Shown: one piece after another, positions 39,549 to 53,400 of the stretch
Layout: every line of letters starts with the position of its first letter
Numbering within the stretch: the stretch's first letter is position 1
Assembly (NCBI GenBank): GCA_964016885.1
Contig: OZ024754.1
Location: 11,904,001-11,968,000, forward strand
DNA length: 64,000 bases
Source of the DNA: Eledone cirrhosa
Lineage: Eukaryota
Direction of reading: 5' to 3'
Notes under the pieces: model-generated
What the model was told of the DNA's origin: nothing
Seen by the model: the letters and a program-made list of their open reading frames with translations, nothing else
Databases searched by the model: none
Program-made: the position numbers and the translations under genes

Positions 39549-39637
39549 ATAAAAAGAGTAAAGCCCTGGTATATGCTTTAACACCTCTAGCTGTCTTATT
39601 CTTCATGTTTGTTGGCTGTATTATGATTATAGACAAG
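39549..39637 (+). CDS. WSC protein transmembrane exon
   Basis: tttccag acceptor, gtaaga donor; DKKSKALVYALTPLAVLFFMFVGCIMIIDK; phase 1 to 0. Confidence 0.78.
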
Positions 39638-40598
39638 GTAAGATTCTCAATCACTGTTGTTTGTTTTGTATGTCTACTGTTTATAAATATAATCATTAGA
39701 ATTAGTGGCTTAGAGGTTAGGGTGTTTGGCCCACAATTGTAAGGTTGTGAGTTTGATTCCCAGTGATAAATTGCATCCTTGAGCAAGACACTTTATAACA
39801 TAATGCTCCTTCTTCTGTCCACTCAGCTATAGTTGTAATTCAGAGGGACCAGCCTTCTTACACACCATGTCACACTGAATGTGTGGAATGCTCAGCCACT
39901 TGCTAATTTCATCAGTATGCTCCTTCATTGTTTGAACAACTGGAGTACGTGCTGGAAGCGATGTAAGTCCAACAACAACAACAACAACACCTGCATTGTG
40001 GCCAATTTAATCAACTTACCCCTACTCCAAAATTGTTGGCCTTGTGCCTAAATCAGAAACCATTTTGTCAATTCTGTTTTCACTTAAATGTTTACAAGTT
40101 CTCCTAGTTTATATTTGACCTTTTGTTACTGTGCACTCTTATGTTGTTGGCAACGGTAAAGTCCCTCATACTTGCTATACATTAATGCATTCTTCAGACA
40201 TCAATTTTATAGTTGAAACTTTGAAACTGTAAATAACTGGAAAGATCCTCTTATCACACACCTATTCATTTACTGCAGTTATGCCCTCATGTATTGAATC
40301 TATTAACCCTTTTGTTACCAAACTTCTTGAAACTGATCCTGGTTCTAAAAACCTTTCATAATGATTTTAAGTAACAACCTTTGTTAAGTTATGTTCCAAA
40401 CATCAGCTTAATAATAGAAAAGTTTGTTAATTTATTAAATACCTTCAAATTCTTGATTAATTTCAAAATTATTTGAAAATCACTGAGAGTGTCTTTCATT
40501 TGAAAAATGGTAATGATAGGACTAAAAAAATGTCTAAGAGTGTTATTTTTCTGAGACAATAGAATAAAGAAGTAGAGAGGTAATTATAAGTTATTTAA

Positions 40599-40966
40599 CC
40601 CTTTTAATACCAAATGACATAAAATTGCTTTTGGTTCTATAATACAAAATTGAATGTTTTAAAATGTTTATGGGGTAGGATACAGTAAGCCATGATGAAG
40701 GCAGCCCATCTAAGAGGGCAGTCTCTCTGAATAAATAAAACTGTCCCTAGTTTTACAACACAAAATTATTTCTTTTGAAGTGTTTATATTTATCTACCCC
40801 ACCCCCATCATAACTTTAAGTAAGAACCTTTGTTGTGTTCCAAACATCAACTTAATAATGAGAAAATCTATTGATTCATTTAATCCCTCCACATTCTTGA
40901 TTATTTTCAAAATGATTTGAAAATCCTTGAACTGTGTCTTTCATTAAAAATATGGTAACAAAAGGG
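40599..40966. mobile_element. piggyBac-type MITE
   Basis: TTAA-CCCTTTTAATACCA ... TGGTAACAAAAGGG-TTAA; related copies near 9560, 16160 and 40305. Confidence 0.7.
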
Positions 40967-41067
40967 TTAAACACTTATATGTATTATGGCGTTTTGTATT
41001 GTTATGAATAAAGCTTACATGTAAGGAAGTTATATGATTTATGTATATCATATAATATTTGTTTCAG

Positions 41068-41118
41068 GTCGATCAAATTACTGAAAAAACTCAAATGAAG
41101 GCAAAACAGGAAACATGA
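41068..41118 (+). CDS. WSC protein probable last coding exon (short cytoplasmic tail)
   Basis: ttgtttcag acceptor; VDQITEKTQMKAKQET-stop; phase 0. Confidence 0.65.
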   Translation, partial: VDQITEKTQMKAKQET

Positions 41119-42794
41119 CTTCATATATTTTTCATGCAAGAGATGTATATATTTCAATTTTATGTATAAATTGGATTGAATAAATATTAAATTCATTTAG
41201 TAATTAAATGGTTCATAAATATTAACCCTATTCTAAATGATTTCTAATTTAGACATAAGGCCAACAATTGACCCCCATAACTAAACACCGGAAAGCATTT
41301 TGTTTGCTGTTCTAACATTTCTGCAAACCCACTCACCTCTATTCAATACTAATGAAGTTTCCATGTTATAATCTTTTTATGCAGTTTTTTCAAATAGTAT
41401 AACTTTCCAGCTCAACCAGTATTCAAAGAAATTATGTCTAAATTGTTAGTGGAATTAATGAGCAAATGTGGTATTTGTTGTATCTGTTGCTTGCTTGTTT
41501 GGACCCTCAGTTCCTGATGGAGTTGTAGGTACATGCTGCGTAACAATCTCACTATCACTGTTGAGGTTGCTTGCCAGATCTTAGGTCTCCAATAAGAATT
41601 TGACATGTCAAAAATGCATTACAACAACAACTGTGAGTAAATATTACCAATGATGGATAAAAACCCTGAAGCACTGATGTTTGGTGTTCTCACATGGATA
41701 CTGAGACATTTGTGACATGATCACTGCTTAAAACATCCACAGTGAAACATATATATGTTTATACATAAACCTAAGGCTGGTAGATTGGTAGTATTGTTAG
41801 AGCATCAGACACCATGCTTTGCAACATAAAGTTACATTCCTTTATGTTCTGAGTTCAATCTCTATTTAGGTTAACTTTGCCTTTCATCCTTATGGAGGTT
41901 GAGAAAATGAAGTAGCAGTAATGCACTGGGGTTGATTTAATCGTCTTTCCCCTCCCTCCCAAATTGTTGGCCTTGTGCCTAAATCTGAAGCCATTATACA
42001 TAAGCATATTGTATATACCTCTATCTATCTAAGGCAGGTAAAATTCCCGAGATCCATGGACGAGTTCTCTCCAGCGGTCTCTGTCCCTCATTATCGCTGC
42101 CATATCCTGCATCTCCAACAGACCAGTGTCTGTCCTTAGGGCATCAACATATGTTAACCTTGGTCTTCCTCTTCTAGTGTATCCATGTACCTCTATATCC
42201 ACGGAAAACATGGGCGAAGGTGGTGAGAGCTGACCTCAGATCGCTGAAACTCACAGAGAAGATGACAAGGGACTGTGACAAATAGAGAATTGCTGTGCTG
42301 AAGAGGACCTCTCCCACCCTTGCAAGCAGGGAAAAGCAGACATAAAATGGTGATGATGATGATGATGATGCACCTCTATTATGAATCACAATATGTTAGT
42401 ACTATTGCTAACCACAACTCTTGTGACAAATACAATTTTCAGAGCAAAACCAAGTATGAATTTACTATATACGTTCTCTGTTGAACATTATACTTGATAT
42501 GTCTTTTCAAATCATTACTAGGACTCATTAACTTACATAGGCTATGAGGATACTAGAACTTTTAAAAACTGACTCATTTAGTAACATATATTGTTAAAGT
42601 TCTGAATCTGAAATTACTGTCGTTTCTATACCTATTATAATCTCATCAGTGAGAAGATTTTCTTCACAGCTTTCTTACCTTCACAATGTGGGAAAGCTGC
42701 CAAATTATGCAAATATTCTCTGTTACATATAAATCTTCATAGCAAAGATTTCATGCTTTTAAATTATATTTAAATACTAAACATTCGAAGTTAA

Positions 42795-43017
42795 CCCATT
42801 AGCATTTACATTACTCTATATATATACTATTGTATTTTCACGGTAAAGGCTTTACCTCACATAATTATCTCACATAATATCGAATCTACGAGATTTTGAT
42901 ATTATTTATTTTGTAAACAATACCTTAACATCAGTATGAGTGGCCATTTACAGCCAGTTTGAACAGAAAGAGGTGAGAGAATTCTGGACAGATATGGCAG
43001 GTTTAAATGCTAAAGAG
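42795..43017. mobile_element. piggyBac-type MITE
   Basis: TTAA-CCCATTAGCATTTA ... TAAATGCTAAAGAG-TTAA; related sequence at 8770-9330. Confidence 0.7.
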
Positions 43018-43625
43018 TTAAACAATATTTTTCTCCTGAATTTTCTAGACCCTCTGTTGACCCCTGTCTATCTTTTAAACCCTTACACAGTTTCATCAAT
43101 TCCCGTCAGTATCTAACAACTATTTTGCAAACCCTGCTATGATAATGATTTCTAGTATAGGCACAATGCCAGTAATTTGGTGGGAGGGGAAAGTCGATTA
43201 AATCGACCCCAATATGTTACTGGTGCTTTATTTTATTGACACCGTAAGGATGTAAGGCAAAGTTAACCATGGTGGGATTTGAACTCAGACTGTAAAAGAA
43301 CATAACTCTATGGTGCATTAAAAATGACAACTCAGTCTTAAAACAGATGTGAACATCAAAGTAATTATGATAGAGAACTAAAATATTTTGTGAGGAATAG
43401 GGCCAATATATGTATCCCCATCAGTACACATAAGAATGTGTGTGTTCACCTTCCTTAGATGCAACAACAACACAAGCTGCAACTCAGATCTTACAAAATA
43501 AAAACAAATGAAAAATAGGTTGAGGGGTTACTACATTTATTGTTTTAGAGCCTCAAACATTTGGTTGTCTTTATTGCTTTATGAATCATAACATACATTT
43601 AAGTTCCCTTCTTTTGATTTTGCAT

Positions 43626-43700
43626 CTATCGTTGGTTTATTTTAATCCAAATACCATTTTCAGCAGCAAGAAAAAAGTGACTTACAAAGTTTATGTTTTC
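43626..43700 (-). CDS. Cytochrome P450 clan 3 (CYP3A-like), last exon
   Basis: atttgtag acceptor; ENINFVSHFFLAAENGIWIKINQR-TAG; AATAAA downstream at 43536-43541 (-). Confidence 0.85.
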   Translation of the reverse strand, partial: ENINFVSHFFLAAENGIWIKINQR

Positions 43701-43806
43701 CTACAAATAAAAGAAAACAGCACAGTGGAGTTAAGAAGACATTCTCATATTATTTCCTTATATATATATATATATATACATACATACACACACATATATA
43801 TATGTG

Positions 43807-43838
<32 letters not shown>

Positions 43839-44789
43839 ATCATCGTCATCACCGTTTTACATCCGTTCTTCCATGCTAGCATGGGTTAGACGGGTTGTCC
43901 TGTTGTTGGCAGTGTCCGGTCGGCTGACCTTGTCTTGCTCATACGGGAACTGATTCTGGCTTGATTTCTATAGCTGGATGCCCTTCCTAACACCAACCTC
44001 ATTTACAGTGAGTGCTGGGTGCTTTTTTTCTGTGGCGCCTACACGTCCACTTTACAGTGAGTGCTGGGTGCTTTTTTTCTGTGGCGCCTACATGTCCACT
44101 TTACAGTGTGGGCTGGGTGCTTTTTTTTGCTCCTCTCCTGCACACAGCATTTAATTCCTCTTATGCTCAGTCTCTCAAATATATATATATATATAATCCT
44201 TTGGGTAATGTGTTGAGGAAGGATAAATGTGATTGAGTGAGAAGATTGACAGGAATAGAACCACTAATAATGAATGTTGTGAAAAGAAATGAAATGAGAT
44301 GGTTGGGTCATGTGTTGAGGAAGGATGAAAGTGACAGGGTGAGAAGAGTGATTGAAATGAATGTGGAGGGAAGTAAGTAAAGGTGAAGACTCCCCCCCCC
44401 CCCCCCCTAAAAAAAAGACATAGTTATAGATGATGGAGGAGGAAATGAAGAAAATCAATCTTATCGACACCAGCACATATTTTTTCAAGTCTGGTACTAT
44501 TTTTTATCAATCTTTTTTTGGTGAACTGCTAAGTTACAGGACATAAAATTAGACACAGACACAAATGTAAATATAGACATGGACACACATATATGACAGA
44601 CTTCTGCAGGTTCCACTTACCAAATTATGCTCAAGATATTGGTGAAACCAAGGCTATAGTAGAAGTTTTTTTTCCAAGGTTCCGTGCAGCATGACTAAAT
44701 CCAGAACCTTGTGATTGCGAACTGAACTCTATAACCACACAGACATATCTGCACCTGTAAGTTTCTGTTTTAAAAACTAATTGTTTTAA

Positions 44790-45110
44790 AGTGCACAGCT
44801 TGGAGATCAGAGAGTCACTCCAGGTAGAGCCATTACTTCTCTGAATTGAGAAATCACAGTTCTGATATTATGGGCATGTGGTTAGAATGTCTCAGGAGAG
44901 AATCACTGGACAGATTTTACAGGCGAAACCAACTGGCAGGAGACCCAGGAGTAGACCCCAAGCAAGATGGTTGGATAACATCCATGAGCTTGGTTGGTCA
45001 TGCTTGGGGATCCAGCCAGATCAATTGGAGACAGTTGATTCTGACAGGACCCACTGGAAGAAGTGTTTGAAGACTCTGCCCTGACAACACTCCCAAGAAG
45101 AAGAAGAAGT
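44790..45110 (+). mobile_element. RTE-like LINE 3' fragment with (GAA)n tail
   Basis: GHVVRMSQERITGQILQAKPTGRRPRSRPQARWLD. Confidence 0.75.
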
Positions 45111-45159
45111 AATCAGCTACTTTCAGAAATATAAAACCAAATAAATACAGTAAACTCAC

Positions 45160-45322
45160 ATCGGTCTTGAATGATTTTGTAAATTCATATTTCTTAACAA
45201 GTCGAGCCATTGCTAATTTCAACTCTAAACGTGCCAATTTCATTCCCAGACATATTCTTGGTCCTGCACCGAATGGTATATAAGCATAAGGGTGAATTAT
45301 CTCTTTTGATTCAGGTGAGAAT
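45160..45322 (-). CDS. Cytochrome P450, heme-binding exon
   Basis: FSPESKEIIHPYAYIPFGAGPRICLGMKLARLELKLAMARLVKKYEF (FxxGxRxCxG); phase 2 to 0. Confidence 0.97.
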
Positions 45323-46347
45323 CTGAATAAGAAAACATATATTTAAGTACAGCCAAATGTTAGGAAAAGGGATCATAAGCTCAAAATATCATGAAATATA
45401 AAATAAAAAATTAAACTCTTATTTTGTTTGTTCTACTTACTTTTTCACTCTCACATTTCTAATTTGCATTGCTTTTTCAAAACAATAATAACCACATTTT
45501 TCAAACGACTATGTTTTATTTTTTGTTTATTTGATATAATAAATTCTTTTTAAGCTTATTTTTTTATATCCGAACTTCATTTGAATATATAAAATTTAAT
45601 TAGTGTAAATAAAGGCACCATAAGCAATACTAACATGCTTCTTTAAGAATCAACAAATGTTGGTTTGTCCCCCTCACATTTTTAAGGCAAATGAGACCCC
45701 TGCTCTCAATGCTTCAGTTTAATGTTGAGATTATAAAAAATTATATATAACTAAAATTCTGCTCAAATAGAAACAAATCTAAATATCTAAATTAGTGTTT
45801 CTAATTAAAGAATAAGAAACAATCAACCAATTAAGTTCCCACAACTGGTGCAGTTAATTGTTGGGGTGTCACTCTAGATTTTTACTGTGTGTCTATCTTG
45901 ATATTTCAATGGGCCTTAGAAGTACTTGGCGGGGCCCATCTCATAACTAGTGCAGCCAGTTGTTGGGGTGGCACTCTAGATTTTCACTGTGTGTCTATCA
46001 TGCTTAGAAGCTAATAAGATTTAGAAGTACTTGGTGGGGCCCATCTCCTCACCAAACATCCAGTTCTTCACTAAATTTAGCCTGCCACCACAAGCAGTTA
46101 TTGGGATGTGGCTCAAAAATGTCCCGGAGCCAAAAGTGAATGTTTGGTGAGAACCGGTGTGCTTGTCTTCCCCGGTGTAGAGTAGAGAAAGCTGGAACAA
46201 GTACCATAAAGTATTCTATCCGATGTTCTAACGACTCGGCCATTTTTCCATCTATCCAGAAGCGCTGTGGATGAAAATAATTACATATTTGATATTTTCC
46301 TTTTTTTTTAGGGTTAGGTTTGAAGAAATAATAATAATTAACCTTAC

Positions 46348-46485
46348 CGTTCGGGTCTGAACTGTTCAGGTTGTGGCCAGTATTCAGGGTCATGATGTAA
46401 GGGGTAGACTGATAAACTTATATCTGTGTCCTTTGGAAATGTCCAACCATTTACTTGGACATCGTTTTTTACCTCTCTTTGAATC
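46348..46485 (-). CDS. Cytochrome P450, PERF exon
   Basis: IQREVKNDVQVNGWTFPKDTDISLSVYPLHHDPEYWPQPEQFRPER; phase 2 to 2. Confidence 0.97.
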
Positions 46486-46518
46486 CTGGAATATATGTGG
46501 AAGGTGCTGAGTGAAAGT

Positions 46519-46790
46519 GGAGGCACGTGGCCTAGTGGTAAGGGTGATGGACATACAATCATAATGTCGTGGGCTCGATTCCTAGGTTGCGTGTTGTGTT
46601 CTTGAGCAAAACACTTCATTTCACGTTGCTCCAGTATACTCAGCTGAAAATGAGTACCAGCAATAGCTGGAGGTTTAACCCTGCGATGGACTGGCGTCCT
46701 GTTCAGGGGGAAGTCTTGTACTCTCAGTCGCTTCACGCCATGAAACCAGGATAAGCACCAGCCTAATGGGCCTTCTGGCTTAGCACAGAC
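46519..46790 (+). mobile_element. tRNA-derived SINE, family B
   Basis: GGAGGCACGTGGCCTAGTGGT head, B-box-like GCTCGATTCC, core TCTTGAGCAAAACACTT; related heads at 4430-4560, 39230, 39705, 53745-53885 and 62560-62680. Confidence 0.8.
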
Positions 46791-47208
46791 TTTAGACTTT
46801 TTAGACTGAATGAAAAGGGAAGGCATGTGGTTAGGGTGTTCGACTCATGATTGTGAAGTCATATGTTCGAACCCCGGGCTGTGTGGCACATATTGCTATA
46901 ACAATTTACAGGCGAGAAAATAAAATTTACCTGTAATTCAAAAACGCAGACCTATCCCACATTGACACCATGTTTTGCAGCATAGAGTTACGACCCTTTA
47001 CGATCTGAGTTCAAATCTGGCTAAGGTTAACTTTGCCTTTCACCGATAAAATAAAGTACCGGTAATGCACTGGGGTAATTGCTGTCCTTGTGCCACAAAT
47101 TGGAAACAATTATATCATACTGAATCATCTTGAGAATTGTGTCTGCGAAATGTGCAGCCACTTGCTCGCTAACTTCACAAGCAGACTTACAATATAAACA
47201 CATATATA

Positions 47209-47464
47209 CAGTAGAACCTCTCATAACGAACAATTTTTCCAAACATAAAACGTCTCGTTTCATGAACACTCAAGCCGACGACAACGGTTGGCAACAAGCT
47301 ACGAGTATCGGCGAGAAATCGTCACTTGCTGTGTAGTTGGTTACTATGGTGATATCTATCTGTCTTTCTCACACAGTCACTCTCACACTGTTTTGGTTTA
47401 CAAACATTTCAGGTGACGAACAGCCTTCGTAAACGAATTAAGTTCGTGGACTGAGGTTCCACTG
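47209..47464. mobile_element. Tigger/pogo-type MITE
   Basis: TA-CAGTAGAACCTC ... GAGGTTCCACTG-TA. Confidence 0.8.
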
Positions 47465-47509
47465 TATGTAAAAACCAAAATAAGACAGAATGTGAAAGAA
47501 AGCACGTAC

Positions 47510-47598
47510 CTAATGGCTGATGGATACATACGTAAGGTTTCGTCTATGCACATATCTAAATATGGAAGTCTTTGTATATTGTTGTAATCAGGTCTTTC
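47510..47598 (-). CDS. Cytochrome P450, K-helix exon
   Basis: ERPDYNNIQRLPYLDMCIDETLRMYPSAI (ExxR); phase 0 to 2. Confidence 0.97.
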
Positions 47599-47710
47599 CT
47601 GCATATAAGATAATATGATATCTCCATATAATATAATAATTTTTAATTTAGGCACCAGGCCTGCAATTTGTGGGGAGAGGAAGTTATATACATATGTATA
47701 TATATATATA

Positions 47711-48141
47711 TCATCATCATCATCATCATCATCATCGTTTAACGTCCATGTTCCACGCTTGCATGGGTTTGGACGGGAGTTTTCCCACTTGAGGCAAGAG
47801 TGGTTGTCTTGCTCGCATAGGACTGTCTGGCTGGTTTTCTACAGCTGGATGCCCTTCCTAACACCAACCACATTTACAGTGTGGGACTGGGAGGTTTTTA
47901 CCATGTTACCTACACGGCCACATTACAGCGTGGACTGTGTGTTTTTTTGTCGTGACACCTACACGACCTCATTTGTTTCGGGCTGGATGTTGTGATACCA
48001 ACATAACTTTACATTGAAAGGGGTGGTGTGGATGGGGTGGGGGTAGCGGGACGGGGGTGTATTTTGTTAGAGGTGCCTACTGACTGTAGTAGGTTTCACT
48101 TTGTACTTAGGTAAGGCGGGTCTTCTCTATTACTGTGTAGC
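47711..48141 (-). mobile_element. RTE LINE 3' UTR fragment
   Basis: Matches 6545-6978; further UTR-only copies at 11865-12040, 12350-12597, 35372-35485 and 51250-51598. Confidence 0.88.
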
Positions 48142-48193
48142 ACATATATTATATTATATAGTATAAGGACGATTTGTTATGTCTTCATTGAGT

Positions 48194-48279
48194 AGTGACA
48201 CGTGTTTCGCTATTGATGAGCTAAAGGTTCGATGTGTATCGATCTAGCCCGACTCTGGAATCAAAAGCTCGTCGGATCT
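48194..48279 (-). ncRNA. Hammerhead-like motif (core CCGACGA), weak stem I
   Basis: CCGACGA-gcttttgat...atcaatagc-GAAA-CACGTG-TC; truncated relative CTGATGAGCTTTTGATTCCAGA at 49704. Confidence 0.5.
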
Positions 48280-48312
48280 CTGCTGTGAACCTTCAGTAAC
48301 TGCACGTTACAT

Positions 48313-48346
<34 letters not shown>

Positions 48347-48533
48347 CATATGTATATACACAGTTCAAGAGTAACCAATCTTAAAGAGAGAGATGGAGAT
48401 AGGAGAGGAGATAGGAATACTGCTTGATTATGGCTGACAATTGATACACCCAGGGCACCATAGTGAAATACCAATATATGGAACATTACATTATGTAACA
48501 TTCTCTCCTTATTTTAATTTATATTCCTTTGAA

Positions 48534-48652
48534 GTTCCGATGAGCCGCTCTGTTTTTAAATATGTTAATTATTTTCAACTGGACCAGATCAATTATGATA
48601 TATAGTCATTTGATCCAGAAATATTATATGGAGTAGCGAAACAATTGTAAAC
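48534..48652 (+). ncRNA. Type-I hammerhead motif with long stem II (core CCGATGA)
   Basis: gtt-CCGATGA-gccgctct...ggagtagc-GAAA-CAATTG-TA-aac. Confidence 0.6.
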
Positions 48653-48891
48653 GGACATTATTATTATTATTAATATTATTATTATTCTCTACATTCCTTA
48701 CATCAAACTAAAATATGTTGACAATCTTTTAATAATGTCTTCCTTGTGAAATTTGTGGTCTTGTTTTGCTTAACTAATGAATATATATATATATATATAT
48801 GTAAAAGGTAAACAGAAATAACAACATAATCGGTACAGTATATGGAAGGTATATATATATTAAGTTAACACTTGATATAGCAGGAAGAGGG

Positions 48892-48927
48892 TCTTAACAT
48901 TTCGGACGCTAGTCCTTCATCAGAAGA
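48892..48927 (-). ncRNA. Minimal type-I hammerhead motif
   Basis: tctt-CTGATGA-A-GGAC tagc GTCC-GAAA-TG-TT-aaga; within a repeat of about 160 bp (48800-48957) also found at 58163-58318. Confidence 0.72.
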
Positions 48928-49451
48928 AAGAATGAGAAATAAAATAGATTGAGGGAACGGGCGGGATGGAATTGGAAAAAATGTCTTTAGATAAAAATAA
49001 CAGGTTCATTCATGTTGACATCATCATATATATATATATAATTGTTTCTACTTTAGGCACAAGGCCAGCAATTACCCAGTGCATTACTGGTACTTTGTTT
49101 TATCGACCCCGTAAGGATGAAAGGCAAAGTCAACCTCGGCGGGATTTGAACTCAGATCGTAAAGGGACGTAACTATGCTGGAAAGCATGGCGTCCGACCC
49201 TCTACTGATACTGCCAATCCACGCCCTTTATATATATATAATATTTGTAAATCGAACTTCAGCTGCAGTACAGCAGGTACTATTCGATTTGTTTTGAGGC
49301 AATCATGAAGCACTCAATGGATCGAAAGTTAAAAACAAACATTAAGTCCAGAGTTAAACACCATAGTTATAAAATGTGAAACCAAGATAACTGACCGAAG
49401 GTACAAACTATACATATAACAAAATAACAATATATACAAAAAGGTTTATAT

Positions 49452-49668
49452 CAGTGGCTCCCAAACTTTTCCAATTTTTTTCTCAGCGGTCTCCTTAACA
49501 TTTTTTGGATGCCTCGCGGTCCCCTATCGTATTATGGCAGCATTTCCAAAATTTTTCAAAGACAAACTTTTATGAAATTCATGACAATTCTACTGCTTTC
49601 TGAAGAGGTTTTGCTAATTGGATATGCGTTTTTATAGGAGACCGCGGACCCCAGTTTGGGAACCACTG
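49452..49668. mobile_element. hAT (Charlie-like) MITE
   Basis: TIR CAGTGGCTCCCAAACT / AGTTTGGGAACCACTG; perfect 8-bp TSD GTTTATAT. Confidence 0.92.
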
Positions 49669-50136
49669 GTTTATATGATTCCATTATTGCGCTGACAGAA
49701 GGCTGATGAGCTTTTGATTCCAGATGTATGTGTATAAACTCACCTTTCTTTATTTCCTTCTCCCAATCACTTCTGTGCGCCTGCACACTTCTACTTGTCC
49801 CGCACCACATTCAATCTTTTCTATATTTCATCCACCTGTCACTCACCTTGTGGATTCTCTCTGTTGACCACTGGCCTCTCTCCTCTGAGACAATATTGTT
49901 TTACCTTTATCATAGCTATGATTAGCTTTCTATGTAGGACAGAAACCACAGCTTGAGGTCCACTATCCCATTATTTTCTTTTCTTTGTTTTCCAGGTTAA
50001 ACTAGTTGGTCCTTAGCGCTAACGAACTGTACGTAGCTGGTATGGTGCCATTGTAGTAACTAGCCTTAATTATATTCAAACATGCTCTACGGATGTGAGT
50101 TGTTCTATATATTGGATATTTTAACCTAATTATTAC

Positions 50137-50376
<240 letters not shown>

Positions 50377-50512
50377 CCTCAGATCATTGAAGCTCACGGT
50401 GGAGATGACGAGGGACCGTGACGAGTGGAGAGATGCTGTGCTGAATAAGACCCGTCCCACCCTTGCAAGCAGGGAAAAGCGGACGTAAAATGATGATGAT
50501 GATGATGATGAT

Positions 50513-50801
<289 letters not shown>

Positions 50802-50879
50802 TTACCCACTCTACTACCCTAAGTATTGAGTACTTTGGTGCGTTATGGTCCATCTGGTTGCTTACCACATTTCCTTCGT

Positions 50880-50981
<102 letters not shown>

Positions 50982-51050
50982 CTGATGGGGCATAAAAACA
51001 TTCACTAGTGATAAAACAATAGAACGCAGTGAATGTATTGAAAGTCATAC

Positions 51051-51208
51051 CTCAGCAAACACTGATACAATCTCTTGGTATAGCTTGTCTTGTATTTCAG
51101 GATGTACAGCGAGAGAATATGAGAGGAATGCTAGTGTAGTCGCTGTTGTTTCGTGGCCAGCTAACAGAAACAACACAGCTTGCGCGATTAACACATCGTC
51201 AGTCAAAC
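51051..51208 (-). CDS. Cytochrome P450, I-helix exon
   Basis: LTDDVLIAQAVLFLLAGHETTATTLAFLSYSLAVHPEIQDKLYQEIVSVFAE (AGxETT); phase 1 to 0. Confidence 0.97.
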
Positions 51209-51657
51209 CTACAGTAAAAAGAAGATAAATCATAATATAATAAAGGACAAAATACACCCCGTCCCGCCACCACTCCCACCCCATCCACACCACCCCGTTC
51301 TATGTAAAGTTATGTTGGTGCCGCGCCATCCAGGCCGAAACAAATGAGATCGTGTAGGTGTCACGACAAAAAAACACACAGTCCACGCTGTAATGTGGCC
51401 GTGTAGGCAACACGGTAAAAACCTCCCAGACCCACACTGTAAATGTGGTTGGTGTTAGGAAGGGCATCCAGCTGTAGAAAACCTGCCAGACAGTCCTATG
51501 CGAGCAAGACAACCACTCTTGCCTCAAGTGGGACTACCCCCGTCCAAACCCATGCAAGCGTGGAACACGGACGTTAAACGTTGATGCTGATGATGATGAG
51601 TGGAGGACTGCATTCTCAATATATTTCTTTTGTCCCGTTAGTAAAATAAGTTAGAAT

Positions 51658-52432
51658 ACGTTGAATAAATAATTGTTTCTACTTTTGGCACAAGGCCAGC
51701 AATTACCCAGTGCATTACTGGTACTTTATACGTTGAATAAATAATTGTTTCTACTTTTGGCACAAGGCCAGCAAATACCCAGTGCATTACTGGTACTTTA
51801 TACGTTAAATAAATAATTGTTTCTACTTTTGGCACAAGGCCAGCAATTACCCAGTGCATTACTGGTACTTTAAACGTTGAATAAATAATTGTTTCTACTT
51901 TTGGCACAAGGCCAGCAATTACCCAGTGCATTACTGGTACTTTATACGTTGAATAAATAATTGTTTCTACTTTTGGCACAAGGCCAGCAATTACCCAGTG
52001 CATTACTGGTACTTTATACGTTGAATAAATAATTGTTTCTACATTTGGCACAAGGCCAGCAATTTACCCAGTGTATTACTGGTACTTTATTTTATCGACC
52101 CCGAAAGGATGAAAGGCAAAGTTAACCTCGGCGGGATTTGAACTCAGAATGGCAAGGACTGTAACTCTATGCATCAAAGCATGGCGTCCAACCCTCTACC
52201 GATACTGCCAATCCTCACATTGAATAAATAATTGTTTCTACTTTTGGCACAAGGCCAGCAATTACCCAGTACATTACTGGTACTTTATTTTATCGACCCC
52301 GTAAGGATGAAAGGCAAAGTTAACCTTGGAGGGATTTGAACTCAGTCCGTAAAGGGACGTAACTCTATGCTAGAAAGCATGCCGTCCAACCCTCTACTGA
52401 TACTGCCAATCCACTGCCCTTGAATAAATAAT
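51658..52432 (-). repeat. Two tandem family-A SINEs plus a 5 x 72-bp tandem amplification of the SINE tail and target site
   Basis: Unit ACGTTGAATAAATAATTGTTTCTACTTTTGGCACAAGG...; TTGAATAAATAAT recurs as an apparent TSD at 52220 and 52420. Confidence 0.9.
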
Positions 52433-53126
52433 GAATGAATATTACATACTTTATGTACTAAATTTCGTAGCTGTTGATTAAACATAGATATTCTTATATA
52501 TAATGATTGCTTATTTTAAGATTAATTTCTTTTAAAATGTTCAAATGTCAACACTTCCGGTTAGCGTCCATTATATTATAACATTTGGATTGGCAGTATC
52601 GTTAGAGAGTCGGACACCATGCTTTGAAACATAGAGTTACGTCCCTTTATGATCTGAGTTCAAATCCCGCCGAGGTTGACTTTGCCTTTCATCCTTACGG
52701 GGTCGATAAAATAAAGTACCAGTAATGAACTGGGTAATTGCTGGCCTTGTGCCTAAAGTAGAAACAATTATATTATAACATTTATTACCTCGCTTATATA
52801 AATGTTCATATATTTCCGTCGCTAATTTTCTCCTAATGCAGTTTATATATAATATCGTCTTTTTTTAATGTATCATGAATTACTTTACTGATTACAGAAG
52901 AGAGTGTAACGCAGATTTCGTTCAATTTCTGTGCATATTCTCAATTACGAGTTTATTTGACATATCATATCTACTTGCATGTATATTTGCATATAATATC
53001 AATATGCACACTACACATGCTTGTTTTCTGTTAGTGTATCTAAGTATACCAGAGAGTGCTATTTCCATTTATCTTTGGGATTGGAAACTATTCATTTGTT
53101 AATTGGTGTGGATGTGTATGTGTGTG

Positions 53127-53352
53127 CAGGGGTGGTGGAAGCATTTCTGAATTAGGTGAGATAGGGTGGAGGGAAATTTAAACGATTTAGCTGTAGTGAT
53201 TAGTTTAGCTCTTTGCGCTCTAAAATGGTCAGAAAACTTGGATATATTGTAGCGCATACACAAATAGAAGTGTTTTGGTAGTTTGGAGTGAAAAATATAA
53301 TTATTGGTAGGGTGTCATAGCCCCCGCCCCTCCCCCAAATCCACCGCCCCTG
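53127..53352. mobile_element. hAT-like MITE
   Basis: TIR CAGGGGTGGTGGA / TCCACCGCCCCTG; TSD degenerate. Confidence 0.6.
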
Positions 53353-53400
53353 TTTGTATGGACACAGCCCCACTAGTAGTAAATATTGTAAATAATTTAC

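Noticed and set aside
41411-41517. Alternative terminal exon for the WSC gene
   Set aside because: Phase incompatible with the TM exon and downstream of the better terminal exon; unsupported without RNA
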